Origin: Priapulus caudatus
Taxonomy: Eukaryota
Assembly: GCF_000485595.1 (NCBI RefSeq)
Contig: NW_014577084.1
Location: 801,730 to 865,729, forward strand
Direction: 5' to 3'
DNA: 64,000 nt
Both the position numbers and the translations under genes were made by a program. The notes under the pieces were generated by a model. The model was not told where the DNA came from. It did no database searches and saw only the letters and a program-made list of their open reading frames with translations. Below are positions 1 through 11,586 of the stretch, piece by piece. Each line of letters begins with the position of its first letter. Positions within the stretch are counted from its first letter, which is position 1.

Positions 1-592
1 CAACATTTGTAAGATAGATACATTTAGATATTTAATTAATATAATTGCCAAGGATCAGTCAATCTTATCTATTTGTTGAGGAATTTTAGTTAAGCACGTG
101 CTTATTATGTGGGATTGACGAACATAGTCACTCTGCTCCGATGTTTTAATTATATGGCCATATTCAATAAAAAAGCATCAAAATGTAATGATAAGTATTA
201 TCTTGCAATGGTTTATATTCATTTTAATGAAGCTGGTCACTAGGTGGCAGCACTTGCAATCCAATTACATAGCGTTAGATAGGGAGTGTCACCTCTTATC
301 ATTATAAGATCTTTGATTTAGGTACAAACTACACAGAATCACGATAAAACGATTGCATGGTCAGTCAAAGCCGTCGATGACGCTAAAATAATGTGTAGCT
401 AATACAAACTGTTCTCGAACTACCTCGACGAGGAGGGAACTTGCAACACAGAATCTAAGAAGCCGCCGAACTACTTATTACAAGCTAAACTGACCAGGCT
501 CTCCGACTGTTACACGTCGTACGCCAACGTAGTGTTAAGCGAGAAGGGAACTTGTGGCTAATTACAAGCATGCCTCAAATTGATAATTTAGC

Positions 593-1140
593 CCCGGGGG
601 GGGGGGTCACTCTCTATTAGAACATTACCCCATGTGCATTCTCACTAAAAATAATAGCCCCCCCCCTAGTGCGAACTGCACATTGGAAAACCCTACCCCC
701 TATTGCAGACACAATTGAAGAATACCACCCCCAATTGCATACACAATGAAAATATCCCACCCTCTATTGCATACACAATGAAAGAGTCCTACCCGGGGGC
801 CTACCTCCTATTGCGAGGTCTTGCAGACAAATGGAGGGCAAAGAGTGGAGGGAATACTTGTGATCAACTCAAAGAAGACTACTTGCAACTCTCGTGTGCT
901 ACGGGGCCGCCCGTTCGGGGCCTAGGGCGGGGTACTATGTGGTTCGTCATGAGGGGGGCCTACTGCGGGCGCGGTGCTTGACTTGAGCGATCCCAAGGGC
1001 TTTTTGCGGGATTAGCTTTGTAAAGGGGGGCCTATTTGCTCCCGCGCGGGCCCGCTTTAGAAGTTGAAAAACACCCCCCTAACTCGCAAAATTTGGAACG
1101 CACATGGGGTAATAACGGCATATATAGTGACCCCCCCGGG
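593..1140. mobile_element. Non-autonomous DNA transposon (MITE), ~550 bp, G/C-run TIRs, 8-bp TSD
   Basis: The ends CCCGGGG(G)nTCACT and AGTGACCCCCCCGGG are inverted repeats. AATTTAGC flanks both sides (585-592 and 1141-1148). Internal repeats resemble CTATTGCA(G/T)ACACAAT. Confidence 0.85.
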
Positions 1141-1395
1141 AATTTAGCACGCGACATTTAATGCCAATTACAGTACGGCCGTATATAGGATGAATTCATC
1201 TATCTTCTATGGCTTTGATACAGTTTTGATACATTTTGTAGCTATGTTTCGCTGTATAGTTAGAGATGTGATAATAAATTAGCTACTGGATTGTTTCGAG
1301 TACACCAGTAACTAGGGAAATAGCAGTGATATCAGTGATATACGCACTAGTAAAAATATATAACCATCACATGGGAATGGTAGAATGGAAACGAT

Positions 1396-1630
1396 GTTAT
1401 GTTATCCCTCGTAGGTGCCTAGATGGCACAGAAGGCAGTGACAAGAAATCTCTAACGTCGTCGGTCCGCGGCTGCTACTAGCCTCGGCGTGTCCCATGAC
1501 AGGTCACACATCCGCATCTCCTTCTCCAGGTCTCATTGGTTCTCCTCCCGTCTGGCGTCCATCTATATATATAAGTGCCGTTTTCGTTATGGCACCTTCT
1601 TTCATCCGGGCGACATGACCGAACCAAGTC
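1396..1630 (-). mobile_element. Decayed 3' end of an RTE-clade LINE
   Basis: The minus strand reads WFGHVARMKEGAITKTAL, then after a frameshift RWTPDGRR..ETWRR, resembling the RTE ORF C-terminal W.GHV.RM motif. It ends in short ATAAC repeats. Confidence 0.6.
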
Positions 1631-1748
1631 CTTTAAAATGTCTATAAACGAAATTATTGAATGCAATGAACCTATGTCGGCTTCAGAATGATAGGCTCTG
1701 AAATGTCGGCTGAAAATTCTGAATTTTCTCAGATTGTGTCAAAAATAG

Positions 1749-2606
1749 TCACTTTTTGACAAAGGCTTTTTTATTATTATCTGCCTTCCAATCTGCTCGC
1801 TTCTTAGTGGATTGGTTGGCTTTCACTAAGATTGCTTTTGAGTTCTTGTGTAAAGCTGTCTCGTCACCTAGTGAAAGGCTGATGTTTGTAATTTTTGGAG
1901 GTGCGGTTTCTTTTCCTTTTTTAGATTTTTCTCGTGATCCACTTGATTTTTCGATGTCCCGCATCGCTGGTGTAACGTCTTGTTTTCTAACAGGTGCGAT
2001 GGTGTTATTCGTATTTCTCTCGTTTGGGGTGGGCGCTCCATGAGCACTAGACTCCCGACCTTCTGGAACTGGACTCATGGCATCCATTTTGATGAGCGAA
2101 TGATCGGCTGAATTTTCGATTGAGATTGATGGCTTGAGTCTCGGATACAGCGGCGTTGTCTCCTCCATATCAATGGAAAACATGCCAGACTGCAGTATTC
2201 GTGAACCTGTCCTATAGTTGACGTCCTCGCTGAGCGAGAACGATTCACTATCTTTGAACTTCTCCAAGCTGGTTCTGCGCACCTCTCGCCTAGTTGCCGA
2301 ATCGATCTCGCGTTGATCTTGAGAGGTAATCTGAACTTCCGTAAGGTCCAGTGATAACCCATCGGTTGATTCTACCTTCGAGAGGTCCCAGAACGTCTTC
2401 TGTATCGATTTCTGCTGCTCGTAGGTTCTGCTCATGCCTGATGAAGTGCGTTTCTTTGGCGATACTTTAAAAAACCCAAACTTCTGCGACACGATAATGA
2501 AAACGTCTCTCTCATGGCGGGGTAGCTGTACCTCCGTTTCATTCGGTTTTTCGACATGGGCCCCGCGGCGTCTAGACACGATCATAGCTGCGCACCTAAT
2601 CGACAC
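1749..2606 (-). CDS. Unassigned 285-codon ORF, S/T/E/K-rich and probably disordered; possible exon or element ORF
   Basis: Long stop-free frame in non-microsatellite sequence with protein-like composition. Best ATG is MSRTYEQQ (~2435). No recognisable domain. Confidence 0.3.
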   Translation of the reverse strand: MSIRCAAMIVSRRRGAHVEKPNETEVQLPRHERDVFIIVSQKFGFFKVSPKKRTSSGMSRTYEQQKSIQKTFWDLSKVESTDGLSLDLTEVQITSQDQREIDSATRREVRRTSLEKFKDSESFSLSEDVNYRTGSRILQSGMFSIDMEETTPLYPRLKPSISIENSADHSLIKMDAMSPVPEGRESSAHGAPTPNERNTNNTIAPVRKQDVTPAMRDIEKSSGSREKSKKGKETAPPKITNISLSLGDETALHKNSKAILVKANQSTKKRADWKADNNKKAFVKK

Positions 2607-3326
2607 TGACAGGCTACGTGGACGTCAATAACGCACGGCAGTAGATCAATATCGATAACATAGACGAATGCATCGCATTTGTTCTTATTCGTCAACTTTG
2701 GGGTTTCTCGACCAGCGTCACTCAATAGGTGGCGATATCGTTAACTTCGCTTGAAAGCGCGCACCTGCAACAGAGACAGACGGAAATGCACGAGTTGCAT
2801 AAAAAACTGTCACCGATCCTAATAGATAATAATGTTCCAGGTCTGCGCGCGATTTGCCGTTTGTTTGCAACGTGATAAACGACATTGTCAGTGCTAGCCA
2901 TAGAAATATATAGGGACACCTACCTTAAAGTCTACCTATATTATTTCTAACCTATACTCGCTTCGGCTACTACTACTACTACTAAATCTAATTATCTGGG
3001 AATATAATTATGGGCAATATTAGTTCTATTCATAATTCGTCATTATTCCACAGGTGTATGGAATTGCGCGTGAATACAGTCTGTACTCGAGGCACGGTAA
3101 TACTCTTCGACTACATTTATCTCGCGCATGCTTATTAGTTTATTCAGGGCTTCACGTGCAATTGACATTTTCGTTTTGACGTAGGAATGATGTATATGTC
3201 AGGTGTAAGCACGCATGTATGGAACGCGTTTGGTTTATCGATCTATCATCAGCGCGACGACTTTGACGGCGACAGGTCCAGCCATCTCATTAACAAACAC
3301 GTGTTCGTTGGCAAGTACGGCACGCG

Positions 3327-3390
<64 letters not shown>

Positions 3391-6300
3391 CATACACACA
3401 CACATGCACTGCACGCGCGCACGCACGCACACATTTTGTAATATTCGCACGGTAATAATAACCTCGAATAAATATAGTGTGCATCTGGTTGAATGATACA
3501 TCGCACGATGCGTACCGTGATGCGATTTCAGTGCATGTTGTTTATCCGTGAACGCATTTTTCCACGCTCTGCTTCATGAAGACGGAATTATTTTAGAGCA
3601 TAAATAAACGCGTTTTACGCGTAATAGCCAAGTTTGCGTGAAGGTAGCAGGTCGATCGGTTCCGATGATTAGAATCGCCTAAAATTATGCGAGATACAAC
3701 TCCATATAAATGCGAACAAACCCGTGTGTTCTGATGTGTATAAATATCGATGACCCGGCATTACCCGACATTCTTGCATTTTATCTGCATCTGCACAATG
3801 ATCTTGACATATGCATACTTGACATATGCATGTATTTAAACCTATGTACACATGCTCCCACACCTACACCTACACCTACACCTACACCTACACATACACA
3901 TACACATACAGCTACACCTACACCTACACCTACACATACACCTACACATACCCATACACATACACATACCAGGGCCGGATCTAGCTTTCAGGAGACGGGG
4001 GGGTTGATATTTGAGTGAAGGCGTGCTGAAGGCAAGCGGTGCTAGGGTGGCCCCATTACTAGTATCATAAAATCAGGAGTGGAAAATAATAGATTCTCTA
4101 TATCAATAATCTATTATTATTTACTCCTGATAACATTAGTCTGTGGCCGAACGGGGGAAGGGGGGGGGGGTGCCTGTATGTGTATGTGTAGGTGTAGGCT
4201 CGTTAGGGAATATCGCTGAAACCACGTCTGTAATCCTCTAGAGTAGTGCAGTGTATTTGTTTACTACTTGTTCGTCGGCTTATTATTTTTTTTATCTCGG
4301 CGATAAAAATCATCGCCATTATCTTAATTGTATAGGATCAAAGACGCCATCTATGAGATGAAATAGCAACGTTCGCGCGCGGCATTGTTGGCGGTGCACA
4401 TATAGCACGCGATAGCGTTCATGTGTCAGTTTGCAAAGAAAGCGGTTTTTTGCGGATTCGACGGGTCTTAATGAGGTCTATCGTTTGCTAACGACAAATT
4501 AGCACGCGACAGAAACTCTATTGGTTAAAAGACGAAGCGCTGGCGCTCTAATAAGAGTAGATAAATAATATATATTCGCATGCATCAATAACGTATGGTT
4601 CGCACGCACACTTGCTAATGTGTGGCTTTACTGGGATCTATATCCAATACTGTGCTCGCTCGCCTTTTTCAGTATGTGCAAGCGTGTGTGTATGCGAATG
4701 CGTATGCGTGCATGTGTGTATGCGTGTGAGTGTGCGTGTGTGTATGCGTGTGAGTGTGCGTGTGTGAATGCGTATGCATGTGTGTATGCTAATGCGTATG
4801 CGTGTGTGTATGCGTGTGAGTGTGCGTGTGTGTATGCGTGTGAGTGTNNNNNNNNNNGGATTTGTACCAGGGGGGGGGGGTTTAACCGTAACCCAAAGTT
4901 GCGAGCAAGGCCCTCCCCCAGAAAATTTTTAAAATTAGACCCCTTCAGATGCGTTTTCTGCACGAGCAAGGGGGGTCCGGACTCCCTGGACCCCCTCTGT
5001 ACACGCCCCTGCTCGGGCGCGAAGCGACCAGGCGAGGGAGCCAAGCGACCGAACAGGGGGGGAGGGGGGTGTTCACTGTTCACCCTCCCGCACGATGAAG
5101 ATTTTGCAATTATTACACTAAAATGGAGCGACCTGAGGTGAAATTCTTGCAAATTTTCAAAAAAAATCATACATTCATTTTACATTATAGATGTAGCTCT
5201 AAGCGTCATGGCGAATGGGGTTGTCAGTCGTTCGCGGAATTCTCGCCATTTATAAGTCACGGCGATGACGAGCAGTTCTATGATGGCACATATAACGCAC
5301 GGTCCCATAGTAATCGAGTTTCCTCACATGGTGACTTAATTGGAATTGAAATAATAGGTAATATATTTAGCGCAGGAAAAGGCCACGTCCATAAGCAAAC
5401 ACTGGCTCTAGGCTGACATGTAGTCAAACATCTAATCAATTATAATGACGGATTATACATCCGTGTTCTAGGGTTTATTTTAAGGAAATGTTCTTCTACT
5501 GCACATGAGGAACGCACATTAGTCCCTCATGGAAAACTAACCATGTTAGCCAAACGCACAAAAGAGTGTAATTACTGCAATAATTAACACGGGCCACATT
5601 TCTTGAATATAGTAACACATCTATGTAATATGATAAAATGCTAGTAATTAATTCCCATGCACGCAACGAAGTTATGTATCTACTGCACACATTTTGACTC
5701 TTCGCTGCACATCCTATATTTCCAACTCCGTCTTCTGTTTCTAACTGCCCTCGTTAGTTACCCTGTCGTTTTATTGCGTTATTTTAGATCCAGGTTTAAC
5801 GTTGTCAAAGGATTCTTGTGTTCGTGGCTCTAGTATTAATCAGGTGACTATAGGTTCTCCTAAAAATAACCTCCTGATAATCCAACAATGGTAGACGAGT
5901 AATATCTTTCTGTGCGGCCATATTTCTGTGTATGCATTATGCTGTATTGTTCTGTGTATATCATCATCCCGCATGTTAATTACTATTTATTCACTATCAT
6001 GTTATAGATAAGTCACTTTTCTTTTTCTGACCTTATTGTAGTGATATATTACGCTGTATTGTTCTCTATGTTTATCTATTATAGTGTGGTTGGATGGTAG
6101 TGTATACATTGTAATATAAACTAACACGTGTTCCAATGAAATCTTGGCGCATATATCTAATATCGCGTAAGAGTAGACGCGATACGTCTCGGGGTAATAT
6201 CCAGCCCATGATTCCATTGTAGTAAGTAATCGTACTTGTTTAGTAAAAGCCCCTGGTGCTAGGGTCGACGAGTTTGGGTTACAGTTATCTATTGTGAGGT

Positions 6301-6624
6301 ATCTATGGTCTACGTAATTGGAAATACACAGCAGCGACCGCACCAAAGATTTTGCACCTGAATGTTGCTGACTAATGATGCAGAACGGCGAGGATACAAC
6401 AGTTTGTCGTTACACACCATGCTGATCAAAACACTTCGTTGTTCAGGTTAGTGCTTTGCCATCGAGCGTATGTCGAGCGACCGTCGCCCCCAATACGCAG
6501 TACAACATATTCACTCATTCTATTATTCACTCCTGGTATTATGATTCCGCATGTGATCAGATTATTATATGTTCTATTACATTGCAACCTTTTATCTAGT
6601 AAAAATGTGACTCGTCAGTGATCA

Positions 6625-6676
<52 letters not shown>

Positions 6677-6682
6677 AATCTT

Positions 6683-6775
6683 ACTGCTTGCTACTTCTGC
6701 TGCTACTGCTATTGTTGCTGCTGCTGCTGCTGTTGTTTTTACTGCTGCTGTTGTTGTTGTTTTTGCTGCTGTTAC

Positions 6776-6827
<52 letters not shown>

Positions 6828-6828
6828 A
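6683..6828. repeat. Imperfect (CTG/TTG)n trinucleotide tract after (GT)n
   Basis: Directly visible; it explains the poly-A/V/L/C spurious ORFs. Confidence 0.9.
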
Positions 6829-7633
6829 CAAGTTTAATTTGTGGTGCACTGACGTCGGTCGCGCTTTCACTGCGAAATCGTCGGAAAAGCGAAAATTCTA
6901 ACCGGCGAAATTCTAAACATAGGAAATTCTTTTGAAATTCTTTGTGGATGAGAGCCATTCTCGTGTGCCGGTAGATTACACGCTTTAAAATGCCATATAC
7001 ACACTAGTCACGGCTGCTCGAGCGAACAGCAGACTGGTCCGTGATCCGTTTATAACGCACAGACAGTGACAACAGAAGCAAGCAACAAAGGTTCACATAG
7101 CATAGCTAGTCGTATTTCGTGCGGAGTTTGTTTTTCGTATCGAGTTTTGATATTATTTAGCGCTAATGGTGTTTTATCAACAATAGTAAACCGAATAGCC
7201 ACATAAAATGGCTCATTGTGCAAATTTTAGGTAGAATTAACTGTGAAAGTTATACCGTATATGGACGGTCTGCAGAAGGAGTGATATAACATAATGTTAT
7301 TATTACGGCTACAATTCCCGGTAAATATTAGCGAAAAGTTTCGAAATATAACTAAAATACGTAGGAATTGCGAATAGTTTTACTTAAATACACAGGGAGA
7401 CAGGTGGGGAGAAATAAAGAGATAATGGGGAGAGAGAAAGAGAGAACGCGAAACAGCAAGTCAGAGAGAGTAAGAAATAGGGAAAATAGAGAAAGAGAGA
7501 CAGTGCAAACATAATTGAGAAAGAGAAAGCGAGGAAGAGAATGGAAAGCCATTAGGGATTAGAAGGGGCGCACGTAGGAAAATAACAAAACGCGAGCCAG
7601 TGAGATTCAACGTGAGAGGAAGAGTGTGTAAAC

Positions 7634-7729
<96 letters not shown>

Positions 7730-7991
7730 GAGGTGAGGAAGAGAGAAGGAGAATAGTGTTAGGGTTAGGGTTAGGGTTAGGGTTAGGGTTAGGATTTTTG
7801 CATCATGATATCTGTCCCCACACCATAGATTAATTTTTGTGAATAACACTGCCTATATATAGCGCGGCGACACATACATATTTAGTGTGAGGGTTAGTGG
7901 TGGCGGTGTTGGAGTGAGTGTTACCGTTAGGTTTAACTTTTTGAACGTCATCGTCAACGTTATCACGTGACCTCCCTCCACACGCGACGGG

Positions 7992-8166
7992 TTGTTCCGT
8001 CAGAGCAAATCAAAGCAGCCAATCAGAGGAACCCTTCGCGCATTTGTGGTACGGAAAAAATAGACGCGCCCGGGGGATAGCAACACCCTTGTTCCGTCAG
8101 AGCAAATCAAAGCAGCCAATCAGAGGAACCCTTCGCGCATTTGTGGTACGGAAAAAATAGACGCGT
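7992..8166. repeat. Direct duplication of a ~75-bp unit
   Basis: TTGTTCCGTCAGAGCAAATC...AAAATAGACGCG occurs at ~7992 and ~8089. Confidence 0.85.
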
Positions 8167-8417
8167 CCGGCGTCACCACTAGTCCAGAACTGTAGTAGTT
8201 GGCTGGGATTCTTTACCGTCAACGTTTCCTTAACGCTTGGCCTTTTTCGAGGTGAGATACTTGGCCTTATGCCATAGGCCCTACCTCTCAACCCGCGGAA
8301 TCGGAGTTGCTTTCTTTCATCATTTGATAGGCGCGTGGTACGCGCTGATGTGTTTTGGAACGTGGAACACCGCTGCTATATAGTCCAACGTTATATTCCA
8401 TCATTGTTATATATATA

Positions 8418-9003
8418 ACTAGAGCACTCGGAGAGCACAGACCTCCGCCAAGGCAGCTGAATTGTCTCACTGTGAAATTTTTTATTAATTAATTAATTAA
8501 GTGAAAATTTTAATTAATTAATTAATTAAATAAATAATTAATCAATTCTAAGTTACTCCATTTCTGACCTATCCTGACAATTTTATTAATTAATTAATTG
8601 GATCCGGATCACCACTAGAGCACTCGGAGAGCACAGACCTCCGCCAAGCAGCTGAATTCTCTCACTGTGAACATTTTTATTAATTAATTAATTAATTAAG
8701 TAAAATTTTTTATTAATTAATTGGATCCGGATCACCACCAAAATGTAATCAATTCTAAGTTACTCCATTTCTGACCTATCCTGACAATTTTATTAATTAA
8801 TTAATTGGATCCGGATCACCACGAAAATCTCATCAATTCTAAGTTAGGCGATTTCTGACCTATCCTGAAAATTTTATGACAATTCGTCTATAACGTTTTC
8901 AGTTAGGCTGTACACAAACAAACCCACAAACCCACAAACAAACAGTCAAACACACGCCGGTGAAAACATAACCTCCTGCCAACCCCTTGGCGGAGGTAGT
9001 AAG
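8418..9003. mobile_element. Helentron/DINE-like non-autonomous element with internal tandem repeats
   Basis: Subterminal inverted motif ACCTCCGCCAAGG (8441) / CCTTGGCGGAGGT (8986). Repeated (TAAT)n-GGATCCGGATC units and a (CAAA)n-like tract lie near the end. The family assignment is inference. Confidence 0.55.
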
Positions 9004-9594
9004 AGCGGTGTTATATCTGCTGTAGCGTGACCGTGGTGGGGGGGGGGGACTTGACTCCGCTGCCTGTGGCGGTGATATCAAGAGCTAAAACTAAAGAGTG
9101 CTATTTTACTGCAAAGTCATTTTATTCTAAGTGCAAATCTAGAATAAGTTCAGAGTATGGCATTAAGCAGAATTCTTTCCGCCGCTTGTCTCTACGACAC
9201 TCGCCGAGTTATATTGGAGGACTGTATTCTGAGCTTATGCAGACGTACGTTGTGGGCGAGTATATATATATATATATATATATATATAGCGTTGAACACG
9301 TGTCTCTCACGCCTGAAGCTCGCTGCCGCTTTTTGCCTATTGTTTTCCGTCGCCGCTCGAAGTGCTGATTAAAGACGTCAGTCGTCCATAATTTGGTCTT
9401 CTTACCACACCATAACGAAATAGCGTTGCGGTGACCAACATTGCTGTTCGGGCAAGGGCTTAGCCAGGAATTTGGATTGGGGGGTCTGGTGGTCTAAAAT
9501 TTAAATGTAAAAATGTCTGAGTTAAATGTAAAAATAGTGCTTTAAAATCAATTTAGACGCTGTTTTGTTTGAGGACAGGATTAGGCCAGCTACG

Positions 9595-10005
9595 ACTCAA
9601 TTTTGTGAACACAAAACTCAATTCTGTCAATCCTGTCCCACAAAACTCAATTTTGTAAACACAAAACTCAATTCTGTCAATCCGGTTCCACAAAACTCAA
9701 TTTTGTGAACACAAAACTCAATTCTGTCAATCCTGTAACACAAAACTCAATTCTGTCAATCCGGTTCCACAAAACTCGATTTTGTTGCCCAAATATGGCA
9801 CACGCATACCATTGGTCAGAAACTGGGCTGGAGAAATGGGTCACTAAGTTAAAGAAACAAGATGGCGACCGTGACACATTTCTCCAGCCCAGTTTCTGAC
9901 CAATGGTAGCCCTTCTTACATGCGTGTGCCATATTTGGGCAACAAAATCGAGTTTTGTGGAACCGGTTTGACAGAATTGAGTTTTGTGTTTACAAAATTG
10001 AGTTT
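9595..10005. mobile_element. Foldback/MITE-like element with tandem ACAAAACTCAATT units
   Basis: Tandem units at 9595-9780 are mirrored in inverted orientation at 9925-10005. An internal inverted pair reads CCATTGGTCAGAAACTGGGCTGGAGAAAT / ATTTCTCCAGCCCAGTTTCTGACCAATGG. Confidence 0.7.
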
Positions 10006-11192
10006 TACAACAAGTACTACAGAAGTGTACCCTAACCCTAACCCTAACTCTAACCCTAACCCTAACCCTAACCCTTAACAGTCATACCTCATATAAAAAT
10101 ATAAACATAATACTAAACAACCTAAAACTACCTCGGGTACATATATGTAGTACCTGATACGACAACGACCCTTCGTGCGTAACTGGACTATACGCATACA
10201 GCGCATACAGCCATATATAGCTTACAATGCCACTGTGCCTTTTCATAATTTTAGCTCAGCTTGTAGAATGCCATCAGCGTCCGTCCGTCAGTCAACAGTA
10301 TGGATAGAAATATACGGATCGGTACTTTGTTGACATTCAGAAGGTAGGCCCTATGTGTGAAATCCGAAAAATCTTACAATGTTATGAGATTTAATCTGAG
10401 GCCACGATTTATAGGTCAGAGGTGTGAAGGGAGGGGACATATTAATTCTCACTATATATATTGCTGATATAATATTTGCTCTAAAATATAGAATTTAGGA
10501 AGCACAGAATTACGACACAAATGGGAACGGCTTGACACATGCTCTTGATAGTGTCAGTGTCAGTGCAGAGTCAGTGTGAGAGAAGACATCATATTGCCAA
10601 AATTTGAGGTCACAGGTCAAGCTGTAGAGAGGCAATAGAAGGATTTCCGACATTTTTGATATACATGGTCTAATGGACCGAGTGGGAAACTTTTTTTTGT
10701 TTCCATGGTGACCTATCTATTTTCATATTGCCACTGGAAGAGCCACGCGTCTGCGAAGAGTAGCTCTAGTAAACAGTGATTTTTTAGTGATAAAATGAAC
10801 TGAAACGTTTTTGCTAGTTACTTGTTTCGGTGTGAAAGGCTACAATTTCGCAGGTAGTTTAAAGCGCAAAACTAAGCTGAACAAGGTTTCATGTTACTTG
10901 TTGGATTTACGCGTGTGACATATCACTCCGTCACAGGGCTATACGATGACCAGTAAGTGTAACCGGATGACCGGCATCGACAGTGATTGATGATTCCTAT
11001 CAACAAGGCTGGCCAGGCTGTAACCCGCGATATAATCATCAAATATACGCTAGCCGGCAACATAAATGTCCTGACTTTATCCCTAATGTGGGTATTGATT
11101 TTTGCTGTCTTTTCCTATCGTACGACACTCTGCCTGTATGTCCGAATATTGTCTTAGCTATGTGCATCTGTCGTCTCGTGAATCGTGTAGTG

Positions 11193-11475
11193 CAGGGGTG
11201 GGCAAACTGCGGCCCGCGGGCCGCATGCGTTGCAGAGCGAACCAGAGACAATAGAACACTAATCTGTATGACACTGAAAAAGTCAGCCTCGGTTCTTTTT
11301 TATTTGCTGCAGGCTTCCGCGGGCCGCACAGAACCCCGTAGAAGGCCGTATGCGCAGCCGGCTGAAAGGGGTGATAGGATATGTTTACTAGGCACTTCTA
11401 ATTTTTTTCAGTTTAGGACTTTTTCAGTGTCATACAGATTAGTGTTCTATTGTCTCTGGTTCGCTCTGCAACGCC
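11193..11475. mobile_element. hAT-like MITE end plus a 58-bp inverted repeat pair
   Basis: CAGGGGTGGGCAAACTGCGGCCCGCGGGCCGCATGCG at 11193 resembles hAT MITE termini. 11227-11284 is the reverse complement of 11418-11475. Confidence 0.55.
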
Positions 11476-11539
11476 ATTTCAGCTAATTATGGTCCAGAGA
11501 TGGCGCCCTTGAGGCGAAACGCACGTATTATCTTAGAGC

Positions 11540-11586
<47 letters not shown>

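Noticed and set aside
3187..5170. ORFs rich in HT/CV/YA repeats (also at 6596-6958, 7600-7849, 16906-17163, 22280-22738, 30335-30745, 34678-35471, 36359-36718, 56922-57278)
   Set aside because: They are translations of (CA)n, (GA)n, (CGTG)n and similar microsatellites, several running across N gaps.
6439..6621. Hydrophobic YSLILLFTPG as the missing TM1 exon of the trissin-receptor-like gene
   Set aside because: It overlaps the ATTATTCACTCCTG repeat end found elsewhere in the window and is not a convincing TM1.
9595..9790. Regularly spaced short repeats resembling a CRISPR array (also 20960-21200 and 31030-31298)
   Set aside because: The context is eukaryotic, there are no unique spacers and no cas genes; these are minisatellites or element-internal repeats.
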